Part shown: positions 37,458 through 48,323 of the stretch, piece after piece
Position numbering within the stretch: position 1 is the first letter of the stretch
Layout: every line of letters starts with the position of its first letter
NCBI GenBank assembly: GCA_964291625.2
Contig: OZ220089.1
Coordinates: forward strand, 4,640,001 to 4,704,000
Length of the DNA: 64,000 bases
Reading direction: 5' to 3'
DNA from: Candidatus Latescibacterota bacterium
GTDB lineage: Bacteria; Latescibacterota; UBA2968; UBA8231
Program-made: the position numbers and the translations under genes
Notes under the pieces: model-generated
What the model was told of the DNA's origin: nothing
Database searches by the model: none
What the model saw: only the letters and a program-made list of their open reading frames with translations

Positions 37458-38617
37458 CGGCATCCCCCCGGCGGCCCTTCGGCCTCTACGTCCACGTCCC
37501 CTTCTGCCCGCAGCGGTGCCCGTACTGCGCCTTCTCCGTGGTCACCGGGCGGCGGGCCGAGGAGGGTCTCTACGTCGACCGCCTGTGCGGCGAGATCGAG
37601 ACCTGGGCCCGCCTCGGGGACCGCGGCGGGCTCGATACCGTGTTCTTCGGGGGCGGCACCCCCAGCCGCCTGGACCCGCGCCTCCTGGGCAGGATCCTCG
37701 AGACCGCCGACCGTTTCCTGGGCCTGCGCCGCGGTGTCGAGGTTACCTGCGAGGCCAACCCCTCCACGGCGGAGGCCGGCCGCTTCCGGGACCTCCGGCG
37801 CGCCGGGGTGACCCGGCTGAGCCTCGGCGTGCAGTCCCTGCGCGACAGCAGCCTGCGCCGGCTGGGCCGCGCCCACGACGCCGCCGAGGCCGGGCGCGCC
37901 TACGGCGTCGCCCGCGCCGCCGGCTTCGACAGCGTCGGCATGGACCTCATCTTCAGCATCCCCGGGGCCGCCGCCGCCGACTGGGAGCATACCGTCAAGC
38001 GGGCCATCGCCCTGGCCCCGGACCACCTCTCCGCCTACGCCCTGACAGTGGAGGAGGGCACGGCCTTCGCCCGGCGCCGGGCCGCGGGAGACCTGCCGGA
38101 GGTCGGCGAGGCCGAGGACGAGGAGGCCTGGTTCCACGCCGTGGAGAGCTTCGCCGCCGCCGGGTACGAGCACTACGAGATCTCCAATTTCGCGCGTCCG
38201 GGCCACCGCTGCGCCCACAACTGGGACGCCTGGACGGGCGGCGAGTACGTCGGCGTGGGGGTGTCGGCCCACAGCTTCCTCGAGGGCCGGCGGTTCTGGA
38301 ACACCCCCGACTTCGACGACTACCTCCAGCGGATGGCCGCCCGGGGCAGCGCCCGCGCCGGGGAGGAGCCTCCGGACGAGGAGCGATGTCGCCGCGACCG
38401 GCTGTGGCTCGGGCTGCGGACCTGCGCCGGCGTCGAGCTCGAGGCGGAGGAGAGCCGCAGGCTCGCCGCCTCGGCCCTGTGGCCGCGGCTGCGAGCCCAC
38501 GGCCACGCCACCCTCGATGGCCGGTGCCTCCGGCTGACGGAGCGCGGCTTCGCCGTGGCCGATGCCGTCGCCGCGGCGGTTTCCGACGAGGTGCGCTCCC
38601 GGGCCGAGGCGGCCTGA
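37454..38617 (+). CDS. hemW: radical SAM heme chaperone HemW
   Basis: LYVHVPFCPQRCPYCAF, GGGTPS, EANP, HYEISNF. Confidence 0.92.
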   Translation: MTASPRRPFGLYVHVPFCPQRCPYCAFSVVTGRRAEEGLYVDRLCGEIETWARLGDRGGLDTVFFGGGTPSRLDPRLLGRILETADRFLGLRRGVEVTCEANPSTAEAGRFRDLRRAGVTRLSLGVQSLRDSSLRRLGRAHDAAEAGRAYGVARAAGFDSVGMDLIFSIPGAAAADWEHTVKRAIALAPDHLSAYALTVEEGTAFARRRAAGDLPEVGEAEDEEAWFHAVESFAAAGYEHYEISNFARPGHRCAHNWDAWTGGEYVGVGVSAHSFLEGRRFWNTPDFDDYLQRMAARGSARAGEEPPDEERCRRDRLWLGLRTCAGVELEAEESRRLAASALWPRLRAHGHATLDGRCLRLTERGFAVADAVAAAVSDEVRSRAEAA

Positions 38618-38626
38618 CGGGGACCG

Positions 38627-39559
38627 GTGTCCGAGATCCGCATCCGCGTGCCCGCCACCAGCGCCAACCTCGGCCCGGGGCTCGACGCCTTCGGCCTGGC
38701 CCTGGGGCTGTATCTCGACCTGACGGTGCAACGGCTGGAGTCCCGCAGCCGCCCGGCGGCCATCACCGCCGCCCTCGAGGGAGAGGGGGCGGAGGACCTG
38801 CCGACGGGGGAGCGGAACGCCGTCGTCAGGGCCCTGCGCGCCGCCCTCCGGGCGGGGGGCTACGAAGGGCCGGACCTGGGCCTGCGCTCGGCGAACGGGA
38901 TCCCCCTGGCGCGCGGACTCGGCAGCAGCGCCGCCGCCGTGGTGGCCGGCGCCGCGGCGGGGCAGATGCTCTGCGCCGGCCGCGTGGACGCCCACTGGCT
39001 GCTCGAGCACGGCCGGGGATCGGAGGGGCACGCCGACAATGTCGGGCCCTGCCTGTACGGGGGGTTCACCATCGTCTCCGGGTCGGGTCCCGGCCTCGCG
39101 TGCACGCGCTTCGAGCCGCCGGGCGGCCTGGCGGTGGCCGTGGCCGTTCCCGAGTTCGAGTTGCCCACGGCCGACTCCCGCCGGTCCCTGCCGGCCGTCG
39201 TTCCCCGGGCCGACGCGGTGAACGCCGCCGCCCGGGCCAGCCTGGTGGCGGCGGCCCTGGCCACGGGCCGCCTCGACCTGCTGGGGCCCGGCATGGAGGA
39301 CGAGCGACTGCACGAGCCCTACCGCAGCGGCCAGGTGCCGGGTCTGGCGGCGGTGCGCACCGCCGCCCTCGGCGCCGGCGCCTTCGGAGCCGCCCTCAGC
39401 GGCGCCGGTCCGTCGGTCCTGGCCTTCGTGCCCGAGGGCGCCCAGGAAGGAGTGGGAGCCGCCATGGAGGCGGCCTGGGCGGAGGCGGGTGTGAGGTCGC
39501 GGGCGCTGAGCCCGGCCGTGGACACGGAGGGCCTGCGGGCCGAAGAGCGGCAGGAGTGA
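38627..39559 (+). CDS. thrB: homoserine kinase
   Basis: VPATSANLGPG, IPLARGLGSSAAA, EGHADN, LSGAGPS. Confidence 0.96.
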   Translation: MSEIRIRVPATSANLGPGLDAFGLALGLYLDLTVQRLESRSRPAAITAALEGEGAEDLPTGERNAVVRALRAALRAGGYEGPDLGLRSANGIPLARGLGSSAAAVVAGAAAGQMLCAGRVDAHWLLEHGRGSEGHADNVGPCLYGGFTIVSGSGPGLACTRFEPPGGLAVAVAVPEFELPTADSRRSLPAVVPRADAVNAAARASLVAAALATGRLDLLGPGMEDERLHEPYRSGQVPGLAAVRTAALGAGAFGAALSGAGPSVLAFVPEGAQEGVGAAMEAAWAEAGVRSRALSPAVDTEGLRAEERQE

Positions 39560-39563
39560 CGGC

Positions 39564-41273
39564 ATGACCGGCTGCAACCGATCCTGGATTCCCTTCGGGC
39601 TGTCCCTGGCGGCCCTCGTCATCGCCCCGGGGCCGGCCCCCGGCCAGGAGGTCAGGACGATCCGCATCCCCGCCGGCGCCGAGGGGGCGGAGGTGCAGGT
39701 GGAGGAACCGGAGGAGCCGGAGGAGCCCCTGCCAGAGGCGCTGATCGGGATCGACGCGTACGAGGAAGTCCTGCGCAGCGGCGGGTATCTCGTGGGCCCC
39801 GGCGACCGGTTCCTGGTCAAGATGCCCGAAGCGGAGGCCCCGGTGGAGGTCCGGGTCCTGGCCGAGGGCGGCCTGTTCATCCCGCGGATCGGCCGCGTCC
39901 AGGTGGGGGCGCGCCGGCTGCGCGAGGTCCGCGCCGTCCTGGACAGCGCCTATCGCGCCAACTTCATCGAGGGCCGGATCACGGCCGAGTTGAGCGCCCT
40001 GCGGCGCTTCCCGGTGACCGTCACCGGACTCGTGGAGGAACCCGGCGTCACCGTCGCCAACGGCGTGCTGCGGGTCGATGCCGTCCTCCGCCAGGTGAAG
40101 GGCCTCCTCGACGACGGCTCCAGGCGCAACATCCAGCTGATCCGCACCCACGGCCAGACGCCGGAGCGGCGGCGGCAGCTGCAGGCGTGGGCCCGGTCCG
40201 GGGACCTGGAGATCTTCGCCCGGATCGAGTCGAGGCGGGTCGATCTCGACTACTTCGAGCTCACGGGTATGTCGCGGTACAACCCCTTCGTCGAGGACGG
40301 GGACATCATCGTCGTGCCCTCCAGGCAGTACCCGGTGCGCACCATGGAGGCCTGGGTCAACCCGAGGATCGTCGAGTTCGTGCAGGGCGACCGGATCAGC
40401 GACCTGGCGACCTTGTCCATGGGGCCGGCGCCCAACATCGATCCGCAGGGAGTCTTCCTCTTCCGGTTCCACGACGACGGCCGGCGCCAGGCCTCCCGGC
40501 CGGTCGACCTGCAGGCGGCCTTGGCCGGCGATCCGGCGGCCGACCTCCCCCTGCAGCCCGGGGACTGGCTGGTGGCGCGCATGCGCCAGGGCTACCTGCA
40601 GGAGTCCACGGCCACGGTGACGGGCGAGGTGACGAGGCCGGGTCCCTACATCGTCGGGGTGGAGGGGGTGTCGCTGGTGCAGGTCATCGAGTGGGCCGGC
40701 GGGTTCACGCAGGAGGCCTCCCTCCCGGAGGCCCGTGTCGTGCGCCGTCTGCAGGAGGTCGACCGGGGCGACCCGGAGTTTCAGCGCATCCTGGCCATCC
40801 CCCCCGAGGCCTGGGACAAGGAGGAGAAGAGCTACTTCAACATGAAGAGCCGGGAGAAGAGGGGGCAGATGGTGGTCGACTTCGTGGCTCTCTTCCAGGA
40901 GGGCGACGAGTCCCAGAACATCCTCGTGCGCCGCGGGGACGTGATCACCATCCCGGCCTCCCGGCGGACGGTGCTGGTCTCCGGGCAGGCGGCCTATCCG
41001 GGGGCCGTTCCCTACGTCGAGAGCTACACCGTCACCGACTACATCACCCGCGCCGGCGGCTTCGGCTGGCAGGCGTCGGGAGAGGTGGAGGTCATCAAGG
41101 CGCGCACCGGAGAGCGGATGGGGGTGGAGGACGTGGAGAGGATCGAGCCGGGGGACCGCATCTGGGTCAAGGAGCAGCCGGCGCGGGACTACTGGCTGCT
41201 GTTCACCCAGGGAATCCAGGTCGCCAGCCAGGTGGCCACGGTGCTGCTCCTCTTCGTGACCTTGAGCAACTGA
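39564..41273 (+). CDS. polysaccharide export protein with multiple SLBB domains (Wza/KpsD-like)
   Basis: Signal peptide, YLVGPGD, GEVTRPG, AGGF repeats, PGDRIWV, C-terminal helix. Confidence 0.85.
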   Translation: MTGCNRSWIPFGLSLAALVIAPGPAPGQEVRTIRIPAGAEGAEVQVEEPEEPEEPLPEALIGIDAYEEVLRSGGYLVGPGDRFLVKMPEAEAPVEVRVLAEGGLFIPRIGRVQVGARRLREVRAVLDSAYRANFIEGRITAELSALRRFPVTVTGLVEEPGVTVANGVLRVDAVLRQVKGLLDDGSRRNIQLIRTHGQTPERRRQLQAWARSGDLEIFARIESRRVDLDYFELTGMSRYNPFVEDGDIIVVPSRQYPVRTMEAWVNPRIVEFVQGDRISDLATLSMGPAPNIDPQGVFLFRFHDDGRRQASRPVDLQAALAGDPAADLPLQPGDWLVARMRQGYLQESTATVTGEVTRPGPYIVGVEGVSLVQVIEWAGGFTQEASLPEARVVRRLQEVDRGDPEFQRILAIPPEAWDKEEKSYFNMKSREKRGQMVVDFVALFQEGDESQNILVRRGDVITIPASRRTVLVSGQAAYPGAVPYVESYTVTDYITRAGGFGWQASGEVEVIKARTGERMGVEDVERIEPGDRIWVKEQPARDYWLLFTQGIQVASQVATVLLLFVTLSN

Positions 41274-41275
41274 GC

Positions 41276-42457
41276 ATGGAGCAGCGCAACCTTCTCGACT
41301 ACCTGCCGGTCCTGGTGAAGTGGCGGCGTCTGCTGATCGCCGGGACCCTGGCGGCGACGGCCGCGGCAGCCGGAGTCAGTCTGCTTCTGCCCGAGCGCTG
41401 GACGGCGCGCACCAGCCTCCTGCCCCCGGAGGAGGAGGCGGTGGGGATCGGCCGCTCCCTGCTGCCGGGGGCCGGCGGTCTGCCCCTCGGGCTGGCCGGC
41501 CTGGTGGGCCTGCCGATCCCCTCGGAGCGGCTCCTCACCCTGCTGCAGAGCCGCCGGCTGCTCGGCCTGGCCGTCGACCGCCACGAGCTGGTGCGCGTCT
41601 ACGAGGCCCCGCACCGGGACGCCGCCGTCGAGTGGCTGTCGGAGGCGGTGGAGTCGGAGCTCGGCGACGACGGCAGCCTGGTCCTGCGGGCGACGGCGGC
41701 AACGCCGAAGCTGGCGGCGGACCTGGCCAACACCCTGGCCGCCCTCCTCGACAGCCTCAACCGCGAGTATCGCCAGCGGCAGGCGTCCTCCCTGCGCGGG
41801 TTCCTCGAGGGCAGGGTGCGCAGCACCCGCGAGGAGCTGGGCGCCGACGCGTCGCGCCTGCGCGACTTCCAGGACGCCCACGGGGTGGTCGACATCGAGG
41901 CGCAGACCGCCGCCGCCGTCGACGTGGCCAAGGGCCTCGCCTTCGAGCTCTCCCTGAAGCAGGCCGAACTCGGCGTCCTCTCCCGGCAGGTGGCATCCGA
42001 CCACGCCGACCGGCAGGCCCTGGCCATGAGGGTGGAGGAGCTCGACCGGCAGCTGCGGGGGCTGGTGGGCGACCTCTCGCGCCGGGTGGGCGGCGCTCCC
42101 GGCGCCTCCGAGCGTCCCCTGGGCCCGCCCCTGAAGGAACTGCCCGGGCTGATGCAGGACTACGCCGCCCTGACCCTGCAGGTGAAGATGCGCGAGGAGG
42201 TCCTGCTCTTTCTCGGGGCCCAGCTCGAGGAGGCCAAGCTCCGCGAGGCTCGCGACACCCCGACCCTGCAGGTCCTCGATCCGGCGACTCCGCCGAAGGC
42301 GCGCAGCGCTCCCCGCCGGGCCCTGCTCACCGCCGCCGCCGGCGGCTCGGCCGCCGTCCTCCTCGTCCTGCTGGCCTTCCTGCTGGAGGCGTGGCAACGC
42401 GACGGCGCCGCCCATCGGGAGCGCCTGGAGGCGATCCGCGGCCACCTGCGAAAGTGA
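41276..42457 (+). CDS. polysaccharide co-polymerase (Wzz/GumC family)
   Basis: Two TM helices flanking a coiled coil; QVLDPATPP.ARSAPRR. Confidence 0.85.
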   Translation: MEQRNLLDYLPVLVKWRRLLIAGTLAATAAAAGVSLLLPERWTARTSLLPPEEEAVGIGRSLLPGAGGLPLGLAGLVGLPIPSERLLTLLQSRRLLGLAVDRHELVRVYEAPHRDAAVEWLSEAVESELGDDGSLVLRATAATPKLAADLANTLAALLDSLNREYRQRQASSLRGFLEGRVRSTREELGADASRLRDFQDAHGVVDIEAQTAAAVDVAKGLAFELSLKQAELGVLSRQVASDHADRQALAMRVEELDRQLRGLVGDLSRRVGGAPGASERPLGPPLKELPGLMQDYAALTLQVKMREEVLLFLGAQLEEAKLREARDTPTLQVLDPATPPKARSAPRRALLTAAAGGSAAVLLVLLAFLLEAWQRDGAAHRERLEAIRGHLRK

Positions 42458-42515
42458 GCCGCCGGCCGGTGGGCCGCGGGGTGCTGTCGTGGAAGTGGGT
42501 GGCGGAGCAGGGAAG

Positions 42516-42601
42516 TGGTGGGGAGAGCAGGATTCGAACCTGCGAAGGCGTACGCCAGCAGATTTACAGTCTGCCCCCGTTGACCGCTTGGGTATCTCCC
42601 C
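42516..42601 (-). tRNA. tRNA-Tyr (GTA)
   Basis: GGGGAGA acceptor stem, anticodon arm GACTGTAAATC, long variable arm, GGTTCGAATCC, encoded CCA. Confidence 0.97.
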
Positions 42602-42671
42602 CCGATGGACCGCTCGCCCGGGGCCGGGCGAGCACGCAAACCTCGCCCCGCCTCACGGATCTGTCAACACG

Positions 42672-43841
42672 TCAGGGGTGGTCCTGCTCCGAGTTGCGGT
42701 AGTCGCCGAGATCGTCCCAGGAGGGGCGGCTGCGGCCGTTCAGATCCCACACGATCCGCCCGGCCCGCAGGGTGAGCTCGCACTCCAGCCTGCGGCCGCC
42801 GTCCATGCGGGCCCGGCCCGAGTCGACGAAGCCGAAGTTCCCCTCGTGAACGGCAAGGACGGCCACGTCCGCCTCGGAGCCCGGCGTCAGATCGCCCAGC
42901 TCCGGCCGGCGGACCGCTTCGGCCGCCTTCCGCGTCGAACGGTCGATCACCTCCTGCAGCGGCATGCCGAGGGCGAGGTACTTGGACATGGTCACCGGCA
43001 TGGTGGCGTTGGGCAGCATGCGGCTGGCCTTGTGCAGGTCGGTGCTGATCGTGTCGGGCGGGAAGCCCTGCTCCATGGCGGGCACGGCGATGCGGAACCA
43101 GAAGCTGCCGTTGCCGTGCCCGGTGTCGAAGAGGACGCCGCGCTCGCGCGCCTCCCTCACGTAGTCGTTGACCTTCGATTCCTCGTCCAGGAGGGGGATG
43201 TGGGCGGCGTAGAGGTGGGTGTGGATGTCGCCCGGGCTCATGCGCTCGAGCAGCTCCCGGTAGCTGCGCGTCGGCTGGGGGGCGAAGTCGATCATGGCGA
43301 TCGAGTCGGAGAGCCGGGCGGCCTCGATGGCGCCTCCCGCCGACTCCCACCCGGGGCCTCCGAAGTGGGCGGACTTGGTGCCCACGCAGTGCTCGGGATG
43401 GCGGCGCACGGCCTCGGCGCAGGGCCCGGGCTCCATCTCGCGGACATCCTGCTCGGGGGCTCCCGTCATGCCGGCGCCGACGATGTTGACGAAGGCCAGG
43501 ACCCGGGTGGAGGCGGGTTGGATGATGGTGGCCACGAAGTCGTCGAGGTCCTGCCACCCGGCGCCGCCGGTGTCGACGACGGTGGTCACGCCGTTGGGCA
43601 GGGAGTGGGGGTCGGGGAACATCCATCCCCCGTAGCCGCCGTACACGTGGACGTGGATGTCGATCAGCCCCGGGGTGACGTAGAGGCCGCTCACGTCGAT
43701 CCTCTTGTCGGCCTCCAAGCCGAGGCCGGGTCCTACGGCCTGGATCACGCCGTCGACGACGGCCACGTCGGCCGGGCCGTCGACGCCGTTGCGCGGGTCG
43801 ATCACATGCCCGCCGCACAGCAGAAGGGAAGGTGGCGCCAT
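42672..43841 (-). CDS. dihydroorotase-like amidohydrolase/deacetylase
   Basis: [38 protein letters not shown]. Confidence 0.88.
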   Translation of the reverse strand: MAPPSLLLCGGHVIDPRNGVDGPADVAVVDGVIQAVGPGLGLEADKRIDVSGLYVTPGLIDIHVHVYGGYGGWMFPDPHSLPNGVTTVVDTGGAGWQDLDDFVATIIQPASTRVLAFVNIVGAGMTGAPEQDVREMEPGPCAEAVRRHPEHCVGTKSAHFGGPGWESAGGAIEAARLSDSIAMIDFAPQPTRSYRELLERMSPGDIHTHLYAAHIPLLDEESKVNDYVREARERGVLFDTGHGNGSFWFRIAVPAMEQGFPPDTISTDLHKASRMLPNATMPVTMSKYLALGMPLQEVIDRSTRKAAEAVRRPELGDLTPGSEADVAVLAVHEGNFGFVDSGRARMDGGRRLECELTLRAGRIVWDLNGRSRPSWDDLGDYRNSEQDHP

Positions 43842-44029
43842 GGTGGGGTCGTCCTTTCGCCTGGGTTGGGCCACAGTATAGGCAGGGCCCCCGGCAGCCG
43901 ATAGCGGCGGCGGCCTTCTTGCCTGCGGAGGGGACTGGGTGGATTTTCTGTCCCCCTCCCGCAGCCCTCGGCGCGGTTCCCGGCCCGCCGGATGGGCCGC
44001 GCCCCAACCACGACAGGAGCTCGCACCGC

Positions 44030-45016
44030 ATGCCACGCACCGTACGCGTTGCCGTCACCGGCGCCGCCGGACAGATCGGATACGCCATCCTTCCCCGCCT
44101 GGCCTCCGGGGAGGTCTTCGGCCACGACACCCGCGTGGCCCTGCACCTGCTCGAGATCACGCCGGCCCTGCCGGCCCTCGAAGGGGTGGTGATGGAGCTG
44201 CAGGACTGCGCCTTCCCCCTCCTCGACGACGTCCGGGTCACGGACGACGCGAGCGAGGCCTTCGAGGGCGTCAACTGGGGGCTGCTGATCGGCTCGAAGC
44301 CGCGGGGCCAGGGCATGGAGCGGGGCGACCTGATCCGCGAGAACGGTCCGATCTTCGTCGGCCAGGGCCAGGCCCTGGCCCGCGCTGCTTCCGACGTGCG
44401 CGTTCTCGTCGTCGGCAACCCGGCCAACACGAACTGCCTCATCGCCATGCATCACGGGGTGCGCGGCGGGATCCCGAAGGAGCGCTTCCACGCCATGATG
44501 CGCCTCGACCAGAACCGGGCCCAGGCCCAGCTGGCGATCAAGGCGGGGGTCCGGGTGGCGGAGGTGACGAACATGGCCATCTGGGGGAACCACTCCGCCA
44601 CCCAGTACCCCGACGCGGAGAACGCCAGGGTCCGCGGACGGCCTTGCACCGAGGTCATCGGCCACGTGGGCTGGCTCCAGGGCGAGTTCATCCGCACCGT
44701 GCAGCAGCGCGGCGCCGAGGTGATCGCCGCCCGAGGGCTGTCGAGCGCCGCCTCGGCGGCCAACGCCGCCCTCGATCACGTGCGCAGCGTCCTGCGGGCC
44801 ACGCCCGAGGGGGAGTTCTTCTCGGCGGCGGTACCCTCCACGGGCAGCTACGGCATCGACGAGGGCCTGGTGTTCTCCTTCCCGGTGCGTTCCGACGGCC
44901 GGGGCGGCATCGAGGTCGTGGAGGGCCTGGAGCTCAGCGAGTTCGCCCGCGGCAAGATCAAGGCCACCGAAGACGAGCTCCTCGAGGAGCGCGCCGTGGT
45001 CGAGGACCTTCTCTGA
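44030..45016 (+). CDS. mdh: malate dehydrogenase
   Basis: [45 protein letters not shown]. Confidence 0.97.
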   Translation: MPRTVRVAVTGAAGQIGYAILPRLASGEVFGHDTRVALHLLEITPALPALEGVVMELQDCAFPLLDDVRVTDDASEAFEGVNWGLLIGSKPRGQGMERGDLIRENGPIFVGQGQALARAASDVRVLVVGNPANTNCLIAMHHGVRGGIPKERFHAMMRLDQNRAQAQLAIKAGVRVAEVTNMAIWGNHSATQYPDAENARVRGRPCTEVIGHVGWLQGEFIRTVQQRGAEVIAARGLSSAASAANAALDHVRSVLRATPEGEFFSAAVPSTGSYGIDEGLVFSFPVRSDGRGGIEVVEGLELSEFARGKIKATEDELLEERAVVEDLL

Positions 45017-45828
45017 GCGGGGACGCCGCAGGTGGCGGGTACTCCGGGCCGCTGGCCCGCCACTACGACCGCTACGACACCGGCCTTCCCGGCGAGGTCG
45101 AGTTCTACCGCGCCCTCGCCGTCGAGTGCGGGGGCCCCGTCCTCGAGCCGGGCTGCGGCACCGGCCGCACCCTCTTCCCGGTGGCCGCCGCCGGCCTTGC
45201 GGCGACCGGCCTCGAGCTCTCTCCCGAGATGCTGGCCGCCGCCCGGAGCCGGGCCGCCTCCCTGCCCCCGGAGGCCGCCGCGCGCGTCACCCTGCTCCGG
45301 GGGGACATGCGGGACCCGCCGGAGCTGCCCGGCCCCTTCCGGCTCGTCAGCCTGCCGTACCGCACCTTCCAGCACCTGCTCACCCCCGACGACCAGTTCG
45401 CCGCCCTCGCCGGCTTCCACGATCTGCTGGAACCCGGGGGGCGTCTGGCCCTCAACCAGTTCGATCCCACCCTCGACCTGGAGGCCGTGGTCCTGCGCGG
45501 GCCACCGGCGGACACGCCGGTCGACCGGCTTCCCGTGGACACGGAGTTCACCGACGGGGAGGGGAGGACGGTCCGCGTCCGCTACCGGCGGGAGTACGAC
45601 CTGGCCGAGCAGCTCCTGCGGCAGGAGTTCCACTTCCAGAGCCTCGACGCCGGCGGCGGGGTCGCCGCCACCGAGCGCGGCGAGCTGGTGCTGCGCTACA
45701 CCTTCCGCTACGAGATGGAGTGGCTCCTGGAGGCGGCCGGCTTCCGGCCCGTCGCCCTGTGGGGCGGCTTCGACGGGCGGCCGTACCCCGGCCACGGCGA
45801 GCAGGTCTGGGTGGCCGAGGCGGTGTGA
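45013..45828 (+). CDS. class I SAM-dependent methyltransferase (start uncertain, CTG overlapping the mdh stop)
   Basis: LEPGCGTGR motif I, GDMRD, LEPGG, LLEAAGF. Confidence 0.85.
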   Translation: MSGDAAGGGYSGPLARHYDRYDTGLPGEVEFYRALAVECGGPVLEPGCGTGRTLFPVAAAGLAATGLELSPEMLAAARSRAASLPPEAAARVTLLRGDMRDPPELPGPFRLVSLPYRTFQHLLTPDDQFAALAGFHDLLEPGGRLALNQFDPTLDLEAVVLRGPPADTPVDRLPVDTEFTDGEGRTVRVRYRREYDLAEQLLRQEFHFQSLDAGGGVAATERGELVLRYTFRYEMEWLLEAAGFRPVALWGGFDGRPYPGHGEQVWVAEAV

Positions 45829-45831
45829 CCT

Positions 45832-47070
45832 TCAGCGCTCGATCTGGTCCGCCTGGCTGAGGATCCGGGCGCTGACGCCGAGGACGCCGAGGAAACCGGT
45901 CGAGTCGCGGTGGTCGAAGTCGCCCACCGCTTCCATGGAGGCGGCGTCCTCGCGGTAGAGGGAGTGGGGCACGTCGGCGGCCGAGGCGAACTGCACCGTC
46001 CCCTTGTAGAGTCTGACGCGGATCGTGCCCGTGGCCAGCCGGGCGAGGTGATCGACGAGGGCGCGGCAGGCCTGCGTCGCCGTGTCGAACCAGTAGCCCT
46101 GGTAGACCTGCTCGGCGATCCACCCGCTCACCTGGGAGTGGCACCGGCGGCTGCGCCGGTCGAGGACCAGCTGCAGCAGGTACTCGTAGCACTGGCCCAG
46201 GAGCTCCAGGCCGGGGGCCTCGTACACGCCCCGGGACTTGAGGCCGACGAAGCGGTTCTCCACGGCGTGCAGCCCGATGCCGACGCCGTGGGCGCCGGCG
46301 ACCTCGTTGGCCGCCCGCATCATGTCGAAGCCCTCCAGGGCGGCTCCGTCGAGAGCGACGGGCCGGCCCTCCTCGAAGCGGACCTCGACGCCGCGGGCCT
46401 CGTCGGGCGCCCGGGCGGGGAAGACGCCCATGCCCGGCTCCACGAGGGCCGGCGACGTCTCCAGGGACTCGAGCTCCCCGGCCTCGTGGGTCAGTCCGAG
46501 GACGTTGGCGTCGGTGGAGTACGGCTTCTCGAGGGTGGCTTTCACCGGCAGTCCGTGGGCCTGGCAGTACTCGATCATCTCCCTGCGTCCGCCGAAGGCC
46601 TCGAGGAAGGCGGGGTCCCGCCACGGGGCGTAGACGCGGAGGTCGGGGCTGAGCATCTGGGCCGCCAGCTCGAACCGCACCTGGTCGTTGCCGCGGCCGG
46701 TGGCGCCGTGGCAGAGCAGGGTGATGCCGCGGCGCTCCATCTCCGGGACCATGCCGGCGACGACGACGTGGCGGGCGATGCCGGTGGTGTTCCAGTAGCC
46801 TCCCTCGTAGCGGGCGCCGCAGCGCAGCAGCTGGAATCCGGCTTCGGCGATCTCGGGCCGCAGGTCGGCGAGGATCATCTCCCGGGCGCCGCAGGCGAGC
46901 ATGCGCTCGCGCACGTCGTCCATGTCGTCCTCGTCGGGCTGGCCGAGGTCGGCCGTGTAGGCCACCACCTCGACGCCGTGGCGGGTGAGCCAATGGGTGA
47001 TGGTGCAACTGTCGAGGCCGCCGGAGGCCGCCATGAGGAGGCGGCTTCCGTTCAGATCCTGGAGGTTCAT
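45832..47070 (-). CDS. argG: argininosuccinate synthase
   Basis: ASGGLDS, HGATGRGNDQVRFE, YSTDAN, ENRFVGLKSRGVYEAPG. Confidence 0.97.
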   Translation of the reverse strand: MNLQDLNGSRLLMAASGGLDSCTITHWLTRHGVEVVAYTADLGQPDEDDMDDVRERMLACGAREMILADLRPEIAEAGFQLLRCGARYEGGYWNTTGIARHVVVAGMVPEMERRGITLLCHGATGRGNDQVRFELAAQMLSPDLRVYAPWRDPAFLEAFGGRREMIEYCQAHGLPVKATLEKPYSTDANVLGLTHEAGELESLETSPALVEPGMGVFPARAPDEARGVEVRFEEGRPVALDGAALEGFDMMRAANEVAGAHGVGIGLHAVENRFVGLKSRGVYEAPGLELLGQCYEYLLQLVLDRRSRRCHSQVSGWIAEQVYQGYWFDTATQACRALVDHLARLATGTIRVRLYKGTVQFASAADVPHSLYREDAASMEAVGDFDHRDSTGFLGVLGVSARILSQADQIER

Positions 47071-47119
47071 GGGTTGCCGCAGCTCCGGTCTCGGGGGAAC
47101 GGTGGAGACGGCAGAAGGT

Positions 47120-47158
47120 ATGGAATAATTATGCCAATGACAATAATAATTATTCCAT
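47120..47158. promoter_or_regulatory. tandem ARG boxes (ArgR operator) upstream of argG
   Basis: Perfect 13-bp inverted repeat ATGGAATAATTAT/ATAATTATTCCAT; two AATAATTAT cores 21 bp apart, the spacing of tandem ARG boxes. Confidence 0.75.
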
Positions 47159-47168
47159 TTCGGGATTC

Positions 47169-47197
47169 TTGACACCCCGTGGGGAGCGGGGTAGGTT
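47169..47197 (+). promoter_or_regulatory. probable sigma70 promoter of the antiporter operon
   Basis: TTGACA-17 bp-TAGGTT. Confidence 0.55.
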
Positions 47198-47287
47198 CAG
47201 CGCCCCTTTTCCCCGAGTCCATCCCACCTCAAGGCATCCCCGCCCCGGGCCGCGGCCCGGGGGAAGACCCGACGCGAGCGAGGTCGA

Positions 47288-47329
47288 ATGGAGTGGCTCA
47301 CATCACAGATGGAGTGGCTCACATCACAG
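47288..47329 (+). repeat. 21-bp exact tandem duplication containing the start codon
   Basis: ATGGAGTGGCTCACATCACAG x2 (MEWLTSQ x2). Confidence 0.9.
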
Positions 47330-48301
47330 GGCGTATGGGGTGCGCTGGTCCTGATGGCGGGCTGCTTTGCCATCCTGGTGAAGTGCGCCGACTGGATGGT
47401 GGACGGGGCCGCCGACATGGCCAGGCGCCTGCGGGTGCCGCCGATCCTGATCGGCATCGCCGTGGTCAGCCTCGGAACCACCTCGCCGGAGCTGGCCGTC
47501 TCGGTGCGCGCGGCTCTCGAGGGCAAAGCGGAGATCGCCCTCGGCAACGCCGTCGGCTCGGTGATCTACGACGACGGCCTGGCCCTGCCCATGGTGGCCC
47601 TGTTCTCGCCGGTGGTGGTGATGATCGACCGCATCGTCCTGCGCTCGGCGGCCACCTTCCTCATCGCCGCCCACCTCGGGGCCTACTGGATGAGCGCCGA
47701 CGGGGCCCTCGTGCGATGGGAGGGCGGCCTCCTCGTCCTCGGGTTCTTCGCCTACCTGGTATACGCCTACTGGGAGCGCCGCCAGCACCCGGTGACCGAG
47801 GAGCTGGATCTGAGCGAGCCTCCCCGCTCCTGGCCGCGCCTGCTGCTGCTGCTCGTGATCGGCCTAGCCGGGGTGCTGATCAGCAGCGAGGGGATCGTCG
47901 TCTCGGCGCCGGTCCTGGCCGACGCCATGGGCGTCTCGAGGGTGATCATCGCCCTCCTCGTCGTCGCCCTGGGGACGTCGATCCCCGAGGTCGCCACCTG
48001 CATCGCGGCGGCCCGCAAGCGGCAGGGGAGCCTGGCGGTGGGCAACATCCTCGGGGCGGACATCCTCAACATCTGCTGGATCGCCGGGGCCTCGGCGGTG
48101 GTGAACGACCTCGTCGTCGAAGAGGACGTGATCCACTTCATGTTCCCCGCCATGCTGATCATCGTCTTCGCCATGCTGGGCCTGATGCGGATGGGGCACA
48201 GCTTCGAGCGCTGGAAGGGGATCGTTCTGCTGGTACTGTGCGCCGTCTACGTGACGGCGCTCTTCACGGTCAACCCGGGGGCGCTGCAGACCCACGGGTA
48301 A
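47288..48301 (+). CDS. calcium/sodium antiporter (YrbG/CaCA family)
   Basis: Alpha repeats GTTSPE...GNAVGS and GTSIPE...GNILGA. Confidence 0.9.
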   Translation: MEWLTSQMEWLTSQGVWGALVLMAGCFAILVKCADWMVDGAADMARRLRVPPILIGIAVVSLGTTSPELAVSVRAALEGKAEIALGNAVGSVIYDDGLALPMVALFSPVVVMIDRIVLRSAATFLIAAHLGAYWMSADGALVRWEGGLLVLGFFAYLVYAYWERRQHPVTEELDLSEPPRSWPRLLLLLVIGLAGVLISSEGIVVSAPVLADAMGVSRVIIALLVVALGTSIPEVATCIAAARKRQGSLAVGNILGADILNICWIAGASAVVNDLVVEEDVIHFMFPAMLIIVFAMLGLMRMGHSFERWKGIVLLVLCAVYVTALFTVNPGALQTHG

Positions 48302-48323
48302 GGACAACTGCGAGGGAGAGAGA

